DNA of 64,000 bases from Ginglymostoma cirratum (taxonomy: Eukaryota): assembly GCA_024137785.1 (NCBI GenBank), contig JAHRHZ010000021.1, forward strand, positions 15,888,097 to 15,952,096, given 5' to 3'. Below the pieces are notes generated by a model, which did not search any database, had not been told where the DNA came from, and was given only the letters and a program-made list of their open reading frames with translations. The position numbers and the translations under genes were made by a program. This document shows, in pieces, positions 53,050 through 64,000 of this stretch. Numbering within the stretch: position 1 is the first letter of the stretch; each line of letters begins with the position of its first letter.

Positions 53050-53420
53050 GAAGTTTGAGAGAAAAAGTTCCAAGAATTTGATATTTTCCAAATCTTACCA
53101 GCCCTCTTGACTGTCATTCCATCCATTGCCTTAACAATTCACGCTATCTCCCACTGATTTATTATGGTGCATTATCTTTAAGATGTACTGCAGAAACTTG
53201 ACAAAGTTTCTCTGGCAGCTCTTTTCAAACTTACAAACTCTACTACCTAGAAAAGCAAGGACAGCTTATCTGGGCCAAAATCCTAGGATTCCAACCCCAA
53301 GAGTACTGAGGTTGTACTCTTCACAATATGGACAGCAGAGGCTCAAGAAGAAGGTCAACCAACACCATCTCTAGGGCCAATAGGGATGGGCACTAAGTGC
53401 CAGTGACAAGAAGGACCCAG
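53050..53420 (+). mobile_element. LINE family B 3' end
   Basis: Ends gctcaagaagaaggtcaaccaacaccatctctagggccaatagggatgggcac. Confidence 0.7.
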
Positions 53421-53634
53421 AAACAAATTTTGTACGAATCAATATAAACAATGCTATTTGAGTCTGTTTTGAATGTTGAAGTATAACATGCGTGGAGTGA
53501 GGGAAAACAATGTGCATTAAACCTCTATATAAGGGCTCAGAAATTTATATTGCAGAGATTTTCTGTTTCAGTTTTATTCCAGGATCATAATCACTTGCAT
53601 GGCTGGAGTGGAAAAAAAATGATAGTGCGCACAT

Positions 53635-53650
53635 CCCCTAGGGGGTGCTA
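53635..53650 (+). promoter_or_regulatory. Weaker candidate CTCF site
   Basis: CCCCTAGGGGGTGCTA versus CCACYAGGGGGCGCTA (two mismatches). Confidence 0.35.
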
Positions 53651-54839
53651 CAAACTGAGTTTGAAAGGAAATACCATAAACCCAAGAAGGAAAGAAGTGT
53701 GCCACAGGAGGACAGATGCTGTAAACGCCGTGGGTTCTCTGGATACGAAGCTGAGAGTTTGGCCAGACATGGGTACTTTCTCACCTTTACCTACTATCGC
53801 CTTCTTTCACTTTTTTTTATAAGTTTGCAAAGGTCGGGTGTTTTTTTCTGTGTCAGAGTTAAAGAAGAGGCTTTTTATTTGGAATTAATGCTCAGGAAAC
53901 TGACCACTTGGTCCAACTGGTATGTGTGCTTCCCAGGAGCATCCTGTTGTTTGCAGTTGACTCTCATGGCTAAATGTTCTATGGCTTTCTCCCTGGGGTA
54001 TTTACCCCCATCCCCTTATTTGTATCGATGTTAATTCATGTGGTAGGTTTCATGTTTTGCTGATGCCTCAAGTTTCTAATCAGTCCTTGGGTAAAGAATT
54101 TTATGGCAAATTCCTTATTGAACTTATCATACCCTCAGAGCACATGCTATGACAGAGTAATGATACCGTGAGCATGTCTCTTATAGGCATGACTATGAGA
54201 CGTATCGCAGTATTTAATTTCTGGGGTCAGTCTGCCTGTCTGGTTGACTCTCACAATTGGGCCTAATGTTTCTCCAATGAAAACCCTCTCCTCTCCCCCC
54301 AACCAATATGTACTGACCTCATTCCCAGGCCTCCAGTCTGTCCCACCAAGCCTTGAGCTGGTCGTCTGAATTCCCTCTGACTTCATATGTCATTCCCAGA
54401 GCCTTGTGATTGACAGCACCTAAATTATTCCCTCAATTCTTCACTTACCAACCCATGACTAGCCCCATCCTGCATCAATTCCCTCTCACCCATCACCAGT
54501 CGATCATGCTGTTTCCTTGCAATTAAATTCTCCTTCCCCTTCCCTCACTCAGCCCATTGAGACCATCTTCTCTGCTCTCCACTGACTGTCCATACCTAGA
54601 TCCCCTTGATGTTCCAAATTTCACCAGCGTGCTTCCTTCCTGATGGGAGACCAAGCCTGTCAATCAGACAGGATTCCGGACAGGGGAATCATCAGTGAGT
54701 TAACATTGTATGCTGTGGAAGCTTGACATCATGCTGGGGAAGTCCTGATTTCTGGATTCCCCTGCAAATTCTGAGGTCCCTTCCCCTCCCCCATTCCCAA
54801 CGGACAGCTCAGTAAAAATTCAACCCATAAAATGCCATG

Positions 54840-55270
54840 GCATAGAAGACTACAATTTGGTCCATGATACGTATTTCGACCTTTTCGTAGAGTTAGCCAA
54901 TCAATTTTCTTGGTGCTTTGTACATGTTTTCTCTTCACAGTTTTATCTAATTCTCTTCCATAAAATTATTATTCGGTCTACTTCCATCAACAATAACTGA
55001 GTGTAAAAAGAAATTCCTTATTCTTCTCAGTGTCGCCTGTGGTTCTTCGGTTGATCATCTTAAATCTTTATTCTCTGATTTACCAACTCTTCTGTCACTG
55101 GAAACAGTTTTTCATTGTTTTTCACTGTTTGTGGTTTTGAACATGTTTATCAAATCTCCTCATACCCTCTCTGCTGTATGGAGAACAATTCCAGCTTCTC
55201 CAGTATTTTCATATAACTGAAGTCTCTCCACCCTTGTACCTTTCTGGTAAATCTCTCTGTCTCTCTCCAG
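54840..55270 (-). mobile_element. Old CR1 3' part
   Basis: ttatcaaatctcctcataccctctctgctgtatggagaacaattccagcttctccagt is the reverse of an LEKLELFSIQQR.GDLI-type segment. Confidence 0.75.
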
Positions 55271-56209
55271 TTCATTAATTGATATCAAATTATAGCTCCT
55301 CCTTCTGAATGCAAACAATATCAAATGTGACATTGTGCTTTGCTCATGTATGCGAAATTGCTGTTGGACCTAATGTGATATTGCAAACTGGACATGTGCT
55401 TAAAAAGTTTACTGAACTTAGTGTGAACCTCAATGCATTTCTTTTTGAGACACGACATGGCATAAAGTGGAAGATGGCTAGCCCTTTGGGAAGAGGAAAC
55501 AGTGCTAGTTTATTTATTAATAATAAACACAAAAAGGAACATGCTTATGAATCATTTGACGACTGCTGTGGTAATGCTTGTCCTGGATTAAGAATAATGC
55601 TTGTTAGTTTATTTCATAAGTTTCCAAAATTTGATGGCTTAATGTAGTTTATTTGCAATAGTTTTTACATGTGAGTATTGCAATAGCTTATAATTAGAGA
55701 TTTCTGTAATTTAAAAGTCTTTTTGCTCATTTGATGCATCCAAAGATATCCAGTTTATCCAATACATTGAAACCTATATCACATCTCGAAATAGCAAACT
55801 TGAACTATCAGAAAAATACATACTTTCCATTATCAATCCGGTAAGCAAATTTTCTGTTCATGTTAACATCCAATATTCTTGTGGCACCAGTAGAGACATA
55901 AGTACACGTTGCAAGATGGGAAGTATCCCAAGTGTTACACGCTGTGCGTCCTGGTGTACACAATATACTCAACTGACTGCTGAAAATACTGCAACATGTT
56001 GAACTACTATCTGAAGAGATCAATCATGGTGACAAAATAAGATGTATGTTTCCTGAACCTGTATGTGCACTATATGGTCCTTACAGCTGAACAATAAGGG
56101 AGTAGCAATGTTAATGTAGCAAGTTCAAATCCCATCAAGGAACTTCAGAATTTAGCTTGATGTGACAAGTCACTTAGTTATATCAAACAATGACGAGAGT
56201 AACTCTTGA

Positions 56210-56570
56210 GGGGAAGGTGACGGCCTAGTGGTATTTTTGCTGGACTGTTAATCCAGAGAACCAGATGATGTTCTGGGGACCTGGTTTCGAATCCTGTCAT
56301 GGCAGAATTTGAATTCAATAGGGAAAAAAAGAAGACTCTGGAATTAAGACTCTAATGATAACCATGAAGCCATTGCCAGTTGTTGGGAAAAACCCATCTG
56401 GTTCACTAATGACCTTTAGGGAAGAAAACTGCCATCCTTACCTGGTCTGGCTTACACGTGACTCCAGGTCTACAGCAATGTGATGGACTCTTAACTGCCT
56501 TCTGGGTAATTAGGGATAGGCAATAAATGCTGATCCAGCCAGTGATGCCTTTGTCCTGTGAATGAATAAA
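56210..56570 (+). mobile_element. tRNA-headed SINE sharing head and tail with LINE family B
   Basis: A box ggcctagtgg, B box-like gtttcgaatcc, body aacccatctggttcactaatg, tail aattagggataggcaataaatgctg...tgaatgaataaaa. Confidence 0.88.
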
Positions 56571-57044
56571 ATTAACTCAATGCACTGTAGTTGTTCCGTA
56601 AAAAGTCCTACTGTCACCATCTCAGAGGCTGCCTGGCAAAGGTAATACTACCAGCCTTGCCAATCAAGTTGTCATATTGAGAATGAATTCTAAAGTATAT
56701 CAGCACTGCAGATTAATATAATGACTTATTGTAGTACACGAGGGAACATTGTTCTAAATTATTCAAGCAGTTGCCCACAATCGATGCATTTACTGCCAAA
56801 CGCATATCAAATGGCCAGGAAACATTTAGGAGTTTCAGTCAAAATTCTTATAGGGGAATCTGGAATGTTATTTCAAGTTTCTGATGAATCGATCGTGGAT
56901 CTTAGATAAATGTTGTTTCTGTGACTTATTAAAATATTGTTTAGCTATTGTCATTCAAACTTGTAACAGTGTTCTAATCAGCTTTTTATTCAATGAATGA
57001 ACTATTGTTGGGAAGGTACTTGAGAAACTAAAAGGATTAAAAAA

Positions 57045-57500
57045 AATGTTTTTGGGATATGAGAGTTGCTGGCAAGGACAGTATTTGTTGCCCATCTTGA
57101 ATTGTCCTTGAAAAGCTGGTGGTACAGTTGCCTTCCTGAATACTTGCAGTCTACGTGTTTCGGCTACATTCTCAGTGAAGTGACTGACAATGAAGGAGTA
57201 GCGATGAAACGCCAACTCAGGATGGTGTGTGACTTGGAGGGGAACCTGCTGTTGCCATACATCTGCTTCCCTAGATTTACTCAGTGGTTGTGGGATGGAT
57301 TTGGAAGATACTGTTGAAGGACACATGCCATATTTCTTATGTGTATCTTGGAGATGGCAATGAACTTCTGCTGTTGTCAGCCAGTGATGGATGCCGAAGC
57401 AATCAAGGGGCTTCTTTGTCCTGGGTGGCGTCAAGCTTCTTGAATGTTGTTGGAGCCGCACCTATCCAGGCATGTGGGGAGTATTCTCTCATGCTCCTAT
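57045..57500 (-). mobile_element. LINE family B 3' end
   Basis: Tail gtatttgttgcccatcttgaattgtccttg plus the upstream C-terminal region. Confidence 0.75.
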
Positions 57501-57769
57501 ATATCCTTCCTATAGCCAAGTTTCTGTAATAGCTATGATGTCCCAATCCCATGTTCTGAAATGTGCTCTGAGTTCATCAGCCTTACTTGTAAGACTTCCT
57601 GCATGAAATAAATACAATTTAGTTCTTCAGAATTACTACGTTCTCTGACTCTTTTATCTTTCTTTTCTAATTGATGTGGTCTCCTCACATTCAGAACCTT
57701 CCCCATCAATTCTTCTGTTTACAATGCCACTTGGAATTCCTCCACTCCGCATCTCTGTAAGAATAAAGT

Positions 57770-58490
57770 CTCCCTAAATTGAATGAGCAGAACTCCCTGC
57801 TAAGATATTGGCCACTTTCCAGTTTAGGTTAGACTCATCCTTTTTGAATAGGTCTTTTCTATCCAAAAAGACATTCCAATTGTCCAAAAACCTGGATTCC
57901 TGAACAATACACCAGCTCATCAGCATTGATTTATCTCCTTCAACCTTTTGTTCCTTCCCTTGTTTGAGTTTGGCATTGGGAGTAAACCAGAAATTACTAC
58001 TTTCGACATTCTATTTTTTAATGTTCTACCTAACCTCTTAAATTCGCTCTGTACTGCTTTAATCTTTTCCCTGAAAATGTCATTCCTACGAATATGTACA
58101 ATAATTTCTGGTTTCTCAATCTCACCTTTAACAATATGCTTGAAATGTTTAGAAGTGTCCTTAATCCACCAGGAAAGCAACAAACCATCTTAAATTTATG
58201 CCACAGAATCTCCCGTCTATACCCCTGACAGGAGAATCTCCCATAAGAATAATTCTATTAAGTTTTGTCAAATGCTTTCTGACATAAGAATCATTCTAAG
58301 TGTCCAATAATTGACTGACCTTTTCATTTTCCTCAGAGAGACTATCCCCTTCTATAGTTCCAAAAGCTGAATATCTATTTGATAGAGGAATAGCCACCGG
58401 AGGCTTTTGAACTACCTTTTTACCTTTCCCAACAGTCACCCATCCATCTGACTGATCCTGCTGTGTAGTAACTTTTCTAAATCTAGTGGC
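57770..58490 (-). mobile_element. CR1 ORF1 (SGNH esterase-like) remnant
   Basis: GWVTVGKGKKVVQKPPVAIPLSNRYSAF; PEIIVHIRRNDIFREK..EFKRLGRTLKNRMSKVVISGLLPMP. Confidence 0.88.
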
Positions 58491-58857
58491 CATCTTACTT
58501 TGTACCTCATATATGCTGTTAATAATATTCAGCCTAAAAAAGTTTCAATAACATATATAAAATAAACTACCTTTCATTATCTGGAGAAAATAATGTAAAA
58601 ATGTAAATATATATATCACAAATGTATACAGCTTAAATAAAATCAACCCATTTAACTGATTAATTGAATAAAAAAGACTCTTCTTCAATAACTTCCTCGA
58701 AGAAAAATAACTATTTTCCAGAGCCAACCATGTGTAGGACCCCCCCAGACGAAAACACAAGCCTGCTGTATTCATCCAGCCCTACACCTTGTTATCTTAC
58801 TCTTTACAAACTGTTTGGTTTTCAGAAAAAAAGCCTTTGCAATGTGAGAAAACCCTC

Positions 58858-59477
58858 TAAAGGCTTGGGGACCGCTTTGTGGAACACCTACGCTCGGTTT
58901 GTGACAAACAACCGCACCTCCCAGTCATGAACCACTTCAACGCCCCCTCCCACTCCTCAGATGACATGTCCACCCTGGGCCTCCTCCAGTGCCACAATGA
59001 TGCAACCCGAAGGCTGCAGGAACAGCACCTCATATTTTGCTTGGGAACCCTGCAGCCCAATGGTCTGAATGTGGACTTCACACGCTTCAAAATCTCCCCA
59101 ACGCCCGACCTCATCCTAAGACCAGCTCAGCTTGTGCCCGCCTCCTTAACCTGTCTGACTTTTCTCCCATCTATCCGCTCCTCCCATTTCACTGACCAAC
59201 CCCATCCCCACTTCCTACCTACTAGTCTCATCCCCGCCTCCTCAACCTGTCCGTCTTTCCTCAAATGTCCAACCCCCATTCCAACTCCCTACCTACACTC
59301 ACCTTTACCGGCTCCATCTCCACTTCCTTGACCTGTCCGTCTTCTATCCAACTATCTGCTCTTTTATCCACCTTCCATCATCGCCTCCTCCCCCTCTCTA
59401 TTTATTTCAGAATCCCCTTCCCCTCCCCCATTTCTGAAGAAGGGTCCAGACCCGAAACGTCAGCTTTCCTGCTCCTC
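58858..59477 (+). mobile_element. Penelope-like element 3' part (GIY-YIG C-terminus, pyrimidine-rich UTR, hammerhead)
   Basis: RLGDRFVEHLRSV..PVMNHFNAPSHS..RRLQEQHLIFCLGTLQPNGLNVDF; then ctgaagaagggtccagacccgaaacgtc at 59434-59461. Confidence 0.92.
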
Positions 59478-60029
59478 ATAACCTCATGTGCCCTTTTCCT
59501 CCACGACCCCATGTATCCTCCATGGAGGCTATTGAAGGATTCTTTGATTTTCATGTCGTTTCTAAATAGCTGTTAACTTGTTTTTACAACTTAATGCCTC
59601 TTTCAGGAGACTTAACGTTTTTTCAATGGGTCTGGATGTTTTTATGTGCAGTGTGAATGATAGTGTGTTTGATTAACAACTCTGTTAGATGGTTAGAGGT
59701 TTAATTTTGTTACATCATTTCAAAGACTTCCTGTTGCAATTACACGATCCCTGAAACGTGTCCATAGTTGATATTGAGTTGTGGATATGGAGGATACATG
59801 GGGTCATGGAGGAAAAGGGCACGTGGGGTTATAAGGGGCAAGAGGTATGTGAGGAGGCAATGTAGAGGAGACCACATTGTGAACAGCGAATATTGTAGAC
59901 TAGATTGAGTGAAGTGCAGGTATGTCTGGGGCCTTGAATAGTAAGGAGGCAGAAAGTAAATGGGCAGATGTTACACCACCTGCAAATTCATGAGGAGATG
60001 GATGTCAATCAATGGCCATCATCAAAAAG

Positions 60030-60305
60030 AGAGAATCTAACCACCATCTGTTGATATTCAATGGCATTAGTATTTCTGAATTCTCCACTATCGATGTCCC
60101 GAGCATTAACAATGACCAGAAACTAAACCAGACCAGCCATATAAACACTGTGGATACAAGACCAGATTGGAGGCTTGGAATCCTGCAACAAGTATCTCAC
60201 GTCCCTACTGCACAAAGCCTGTCCACTATCTACAAGGCACAAGTGAAGAGTGCGGATGTAACACTCTCTGTTTGCCTGAATGAGTGCAGCTCTGACAACA
60301 CTCAC
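60030..60305 (+). mobile_element. LINE family B internal fragment
   Basis: DQKLNQTSHINTV..RLGILQQVSHVPTAQSLSTIYKAQVKS. Confidence 0.8.
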
Positions 60306-60589
60306 AGAAAAGGACACGTTTAATTCAAAAGTACTTCATTAAAATGATCAGTAAATTCAAGTTGAAATTGTCATCTCTAATCATCAAAACTTACCCCTAG
60401 CCTGACTGGCTCAACTACCTGCCCCTTTTTCTGATGCCATTTCCTGCCAAAGATAAATCTGCACTAACCCCGAGGCAGGAACTCTGAGGCTCCGTGGGCA
60501 ACCAAGGAATATTAGAATTATTTTCTTCGAGACTTCCACAATGATACATGTTGCCAGCTGATGTTTATCCTCTGCAGACTTTACCAATA

Positions 60590-60905
60590 TTTATTTTTTT
60601 AAATTCACTCAAAGGATAAGGTCATCTCTGGCCAGGCCTGCATTTATTGCCTATCACTAATTGCCTGGAGGGCAGTTAAGAATCAGACACATTGCTGTGA
60701 GTCTGGTGTCACATGTAGGCCAGACCAGTTCAGGATGTCAGCTTTCATTCCCTAAAGGACATTGGCGAACCACATGGGTTTTTCCAACAATTAACAATGG
60801 TTATCATCTGCCATAGCGGAATTTGAAACTGGGTCCCCAGAACATTAGTTGAGTTTCTGGATCAATAGCATAGCAATAACATCAATAGGCCATTGCCTCC
60901 CCATC
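60590..60905 (-). mobile_element. tRNA-headed SINE (family B head+tail)
   Basis: Reverse complement of the 56210-56570 organisation with an internal deletion. Confidence 0.85.
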
Positions 60906-61639
60906 GCTAATATATTTTAGATAATAATTGTCAATTCATTAATTTATAATCAATACAGCCTCCATTCCCTAATAGATTTTAACACTGCTATAAACTTTAC
61001 AAAGGTCATAAAACCTCCAGTTTTTAACAATACCAGTTACTTGTATACCTGCTGTTTCTGCTGTGCAAAATTAGAAATCCAATGCTGGAAGGTGAAAAAA
61101 AATGTAGAACAGTAAAGCAACATCTGTCTTTTGCTGAACTCCCCACTCAAAACACTTTAATTCTTGATAAACTTTACTTAAAATGCCTCTTTCCCCAATG
61201 CACCATATCACCAGATATATCTCCCTCACACTGACTGGGCCCTTAGTGCATCCCTCCACCCAAGGGTGGTAAAGTTCACTGAGTCCATTGGACATTCTGT
61301 GGTCATGTGATTTAAATTGACTATGAATTTTAGATATCCAGGGAAAGTTTAAGAGGAGAAAAGGTCACAATGCTTTATTTGAAAACTGATCCACCACTTT
61401 GCCACTGAACTGGTAACCGAATTGCAAACTCAGCCAGGTACCAGATGAGTTCCGAAGAAACCCAATGCTCTTGAATGTAGATGTGATTGAGGTTTTGAAA
61501 ATATTACATACTTGTCACAATTATATTGGATTGTTAGTGGGTGGGTGTATTCAAGATCCTACTCTGTCCTCTCACTCCTTTCAAAAATGTCAACATTCCT
61601 AACAGGGCCAGAATGGGACAGAGCACCTTCTCACTCAGA

Positions 61640-61860
61640 AGATGCAAGAGCAGAAGTGTGCCAATAAGACCCATCAAGCCTGCTGCACCATTCAGTGAGA
61701 TCATGTCTGATCTGATAATCCTCAACTCCACTTTTCTGTCTGATCCCCATAACTGTTGATTACCTTTAATAATTGGAAATCTGTGTATCTCGGCCTCGAA
61801 TATGCCTAGTGACCCAGCCTCGACAGCCTTCTAAAGTAAAGAATTCCACAGATTCCCTAT
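61640..61860 (-). mobile_element. CR1 3' end
   Basis: cccatcaagcctgctgcaccattcagtgagatcatgtctgatctg...gaattccacagattc. Confidence 0.8.
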
Positions 61861-62074
61861 GTGCCGAATTCTGGTCCTGCCTGTAAACATTGTTTGGGAA
61901 GACTGCACTCTCCAGTCCTGGACTTTCAGTCCCTAGTTTTTGCTGGAGCTGTGAATGATGAGCTATATTTCTGAGATGTACAATTTCTGTTGTGCAAAGG
62001 CCGATATCTAAGAGCCTAATCTATTTAAGAGAAAGCTAGTTAAGTATTTTGAGGGAGAAAGGCACAGGAGATTA

Positions 62075-62670
62075 TGGCAATGGCTTTAGTGAGAATGTCA
62101 CTCAACTACTAATCCAGAACCCCAGGCTAGATGTTGGGGACATGAGTTCGAATCCCTTTGAAGCAGATGGTGAAATTTGAATTCAATAAGAAAAGGAAAA
62201 ACATGGAATTAAAAGCTAGCCTAATGGTGATATGTAGTCTCGGTGGTGTCATGAAGATTCTTCTGGTTCACTGATGTCTAGAAGGAAGGAAAACAGCCAT
62301 CTTTACCTGATAAAAACCAAAAAAACTGCAGATGCTGTAAATCAGGAGTTGCTGGAAAAGCTCAGTGGGTCTGGCAGCATCTGTGAAGGGAAAAACAGAG
62401 TTAACATTTCAGGTCCAGTGAGGAAGGGTCTCCTTAGACCCTTCTGAGGAAGGGTCACCGGACCCGAAACGTTAACTCTGTTTTTTCCTTCACAGATGCT
62501 GCCAGATCTGCTGACCTTTTCCAGCAACTTTGTTTTTGTTTTTGAGCCATCTTTCCCTGGCCTGGCTACATGTGTTTTTAACTGTCAGCAACATGGTTCA
62601 TTCTTAACAGCCCTCTGAAATGGCTTAGAGAGGCAATTAGCAAAGGGCAACAATTGCCAGCCTTATCAAT
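62075..62670 (+). mobile_element. tRNA-headed SINE (family B head+tail) interrupted by a PLE palindrome
   Basis: B box gagttcgaatccc; body resumes after 62545; tail aggcaattagcaaagggcaacaattgc. Confidence 0.8.
62310..62544. mobile_element. Palindromic PLE-derived element with intact hammerhead core at 62444-62473
   Basis: Inverted arms; CUGAGGA-A-GGGUC(ACCG)GACCC-GAAACGUU; duplication agccatcttt(a/c)cctg at 62295-62309 / 62545-62559. Confidence 0.88.
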
Positions 62671-62841
62671 GAGTATGCAAGGCTAAAAGGAAAAGGTAGC
62701 GTTCAATGAAATGAGGGCTTATGAGGAACAGAAGCTATGGCTGAGACCAGTTGGGCCAAATGGCCTATTTCTATTCCACAGTCACATGCAACTTGATGTT
62801 CTCCATGTCAGATTTTTGAAAAAAAGTGTTACAGCATTTTT

Positions 62842-62873
62842 TGCAATGCTTCAGAACCCCAGCAGATGGTGTT
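62842..62873 (+). promoter_or_regulatory. Candidate CTCF site with upstream module
   Basis: tgcaatgct-N5-acc-CCAGCAGATGGTGTT: core with one mismatch plus a TGCART upstream motif at the usual 5-nt spacing. Confidence 0.5.
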
Positions 62874-64000
62874 TGGGATTTCAGTAGCAATAATGCGGTA
62901 CTTGTCTCCTGCAGCTACAGTGATTATAATGGAAGATCACAGCTCATTTTAGAGATATTACAATGGAAACTTAAATTTATAGAGAAGTTAAGCAAGCTCA
63001 TAGAGCAACATCAGCCATTTATTATGCAAATCAAATACTTGGAAGCAACAAAAACATCAGAGAACTTGCATCATTCCTTGTTTAAATGTGCTATGCATCT
63101 TCTTTGTTCCAAATGGTTTTGGGTTAAATTAGTGCATGTTTCTCCAATTACAAAAATCAGAGATTTTGATTTTACATTTTTTTCACACGTATATCGGTGC
63201 TTGATTATATGATCTGGACGAAAGATGTCTTGAATGAATTTTTTTTAAAGTTGATAAACTATTATGCAAAACAACTTGTAGGAGACATCTGTTCCTCACA
63301 AATGACTGTTGTTCAGTTGTACACTTGTCAGGAAGTAATAACTAATGAATTATTTCCTGGGAATGATGGTGGCTGCTAGGTTAGTGATGGAATAGGAAGC
63401 AGAAATTTGTGCAATTGATTGAGAGTTCATTGTGGCACTGAGAGCAGCAATGGAACCAGGCCACAATTACACAGCAAAAAGTTGCATTGTGATTAAATGG
63501 CTGCATTTCCATAACAGGTCTTTTCTGATTATCATCATTAAAACATCAGCGGGGTTAACTGTGCAAGGCCTTGAAAGATTTAAGTAAATGATGCCCGTTG
63601 TATTTATTATTGATATCCTTCACACCCACATGGCATACTAACCATTTCTGAATGATAGCTAACCTTCCCATATTGCCCATTCTAGCATGAAACTTCTGTC
63701 GGGATTGATTGAGGGAATATCGGATATTGTGAAGGTTTCTATCCATTTATAACCTTAACTTTGCTGAATCAGTTTGAACCTCCGAAAAATCAAAGTGTTA
63801 AACTGTACTTGCAGTTGGGATTATACGAGTTAGGGTTCACTGGATGCTGGCTTCAGCAGCATCAAAATATTTGCAGTCAGTGAAAAATAGCTTCACGTAA
63901 CTGAGTTCCATTGAAGGAGATTCATGAAGAAGGCCTGTTTGTGTTGTTTTGGTCATGCTGCTGCACTGGAGGATGCTGAGGTGCTGTTCCACCTGAAGAT

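Noticed and set aside
62826-63212. 128-aa ORF (similarly 53645-54034, 55309-55647, 41902-42279)
   Set aside because: No recognisable domain, several lack an ATG start, and the composition fits random AT-rich non-coding DNA.
1-64000. CRISPR array, operon or other prokaryotic system
   Set aside because: No regularly spaced direct repeats and no dense coding; the content is vertebrate interspersed repeats.

Overview
Eukaryotic, AT-rich, repeat-dense non-coding DNA (intergenic or deep intronic), very probably from a shark or other cartilaginous fish, judged by HE1/V-SINE, DeuSINE/SacSINE1-like SINEs and abundant CR1 LINEs. I found no intact host gene. Every recognisable ORF is a decayed transposon fragment: CR1 ORF1 esterase and ORF2 RT, a second APE-RT LINE ('family B'), Tx1/L1, RTE, Rex1/Babar, an L2 tail, Penelope-like (PLE) RT and GIY-YIG, and Harbinger-type Myb/SANT remnants. 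Main points of interest: (i) many short PLE-derived inserts, solo or palindromic and often with 10-15 bp target duplications, that carry a minimal hammerhead ribozyme motif and begin almost exactly at its core; (ii) a LINE that appears to have a tRNA-like Pol III head and no ORF1, with local SINE copies that look like head+tail deletion derivatives of it; (iii) a 400-N gap that is probably an artefact of one flipped palindrome; (iv) three CTCF-like motifs and several repeat-poor, enhancer-like islands. Repeat boundaries are approximate (tens of bp). Family names come from recognised motifs, not database searches.
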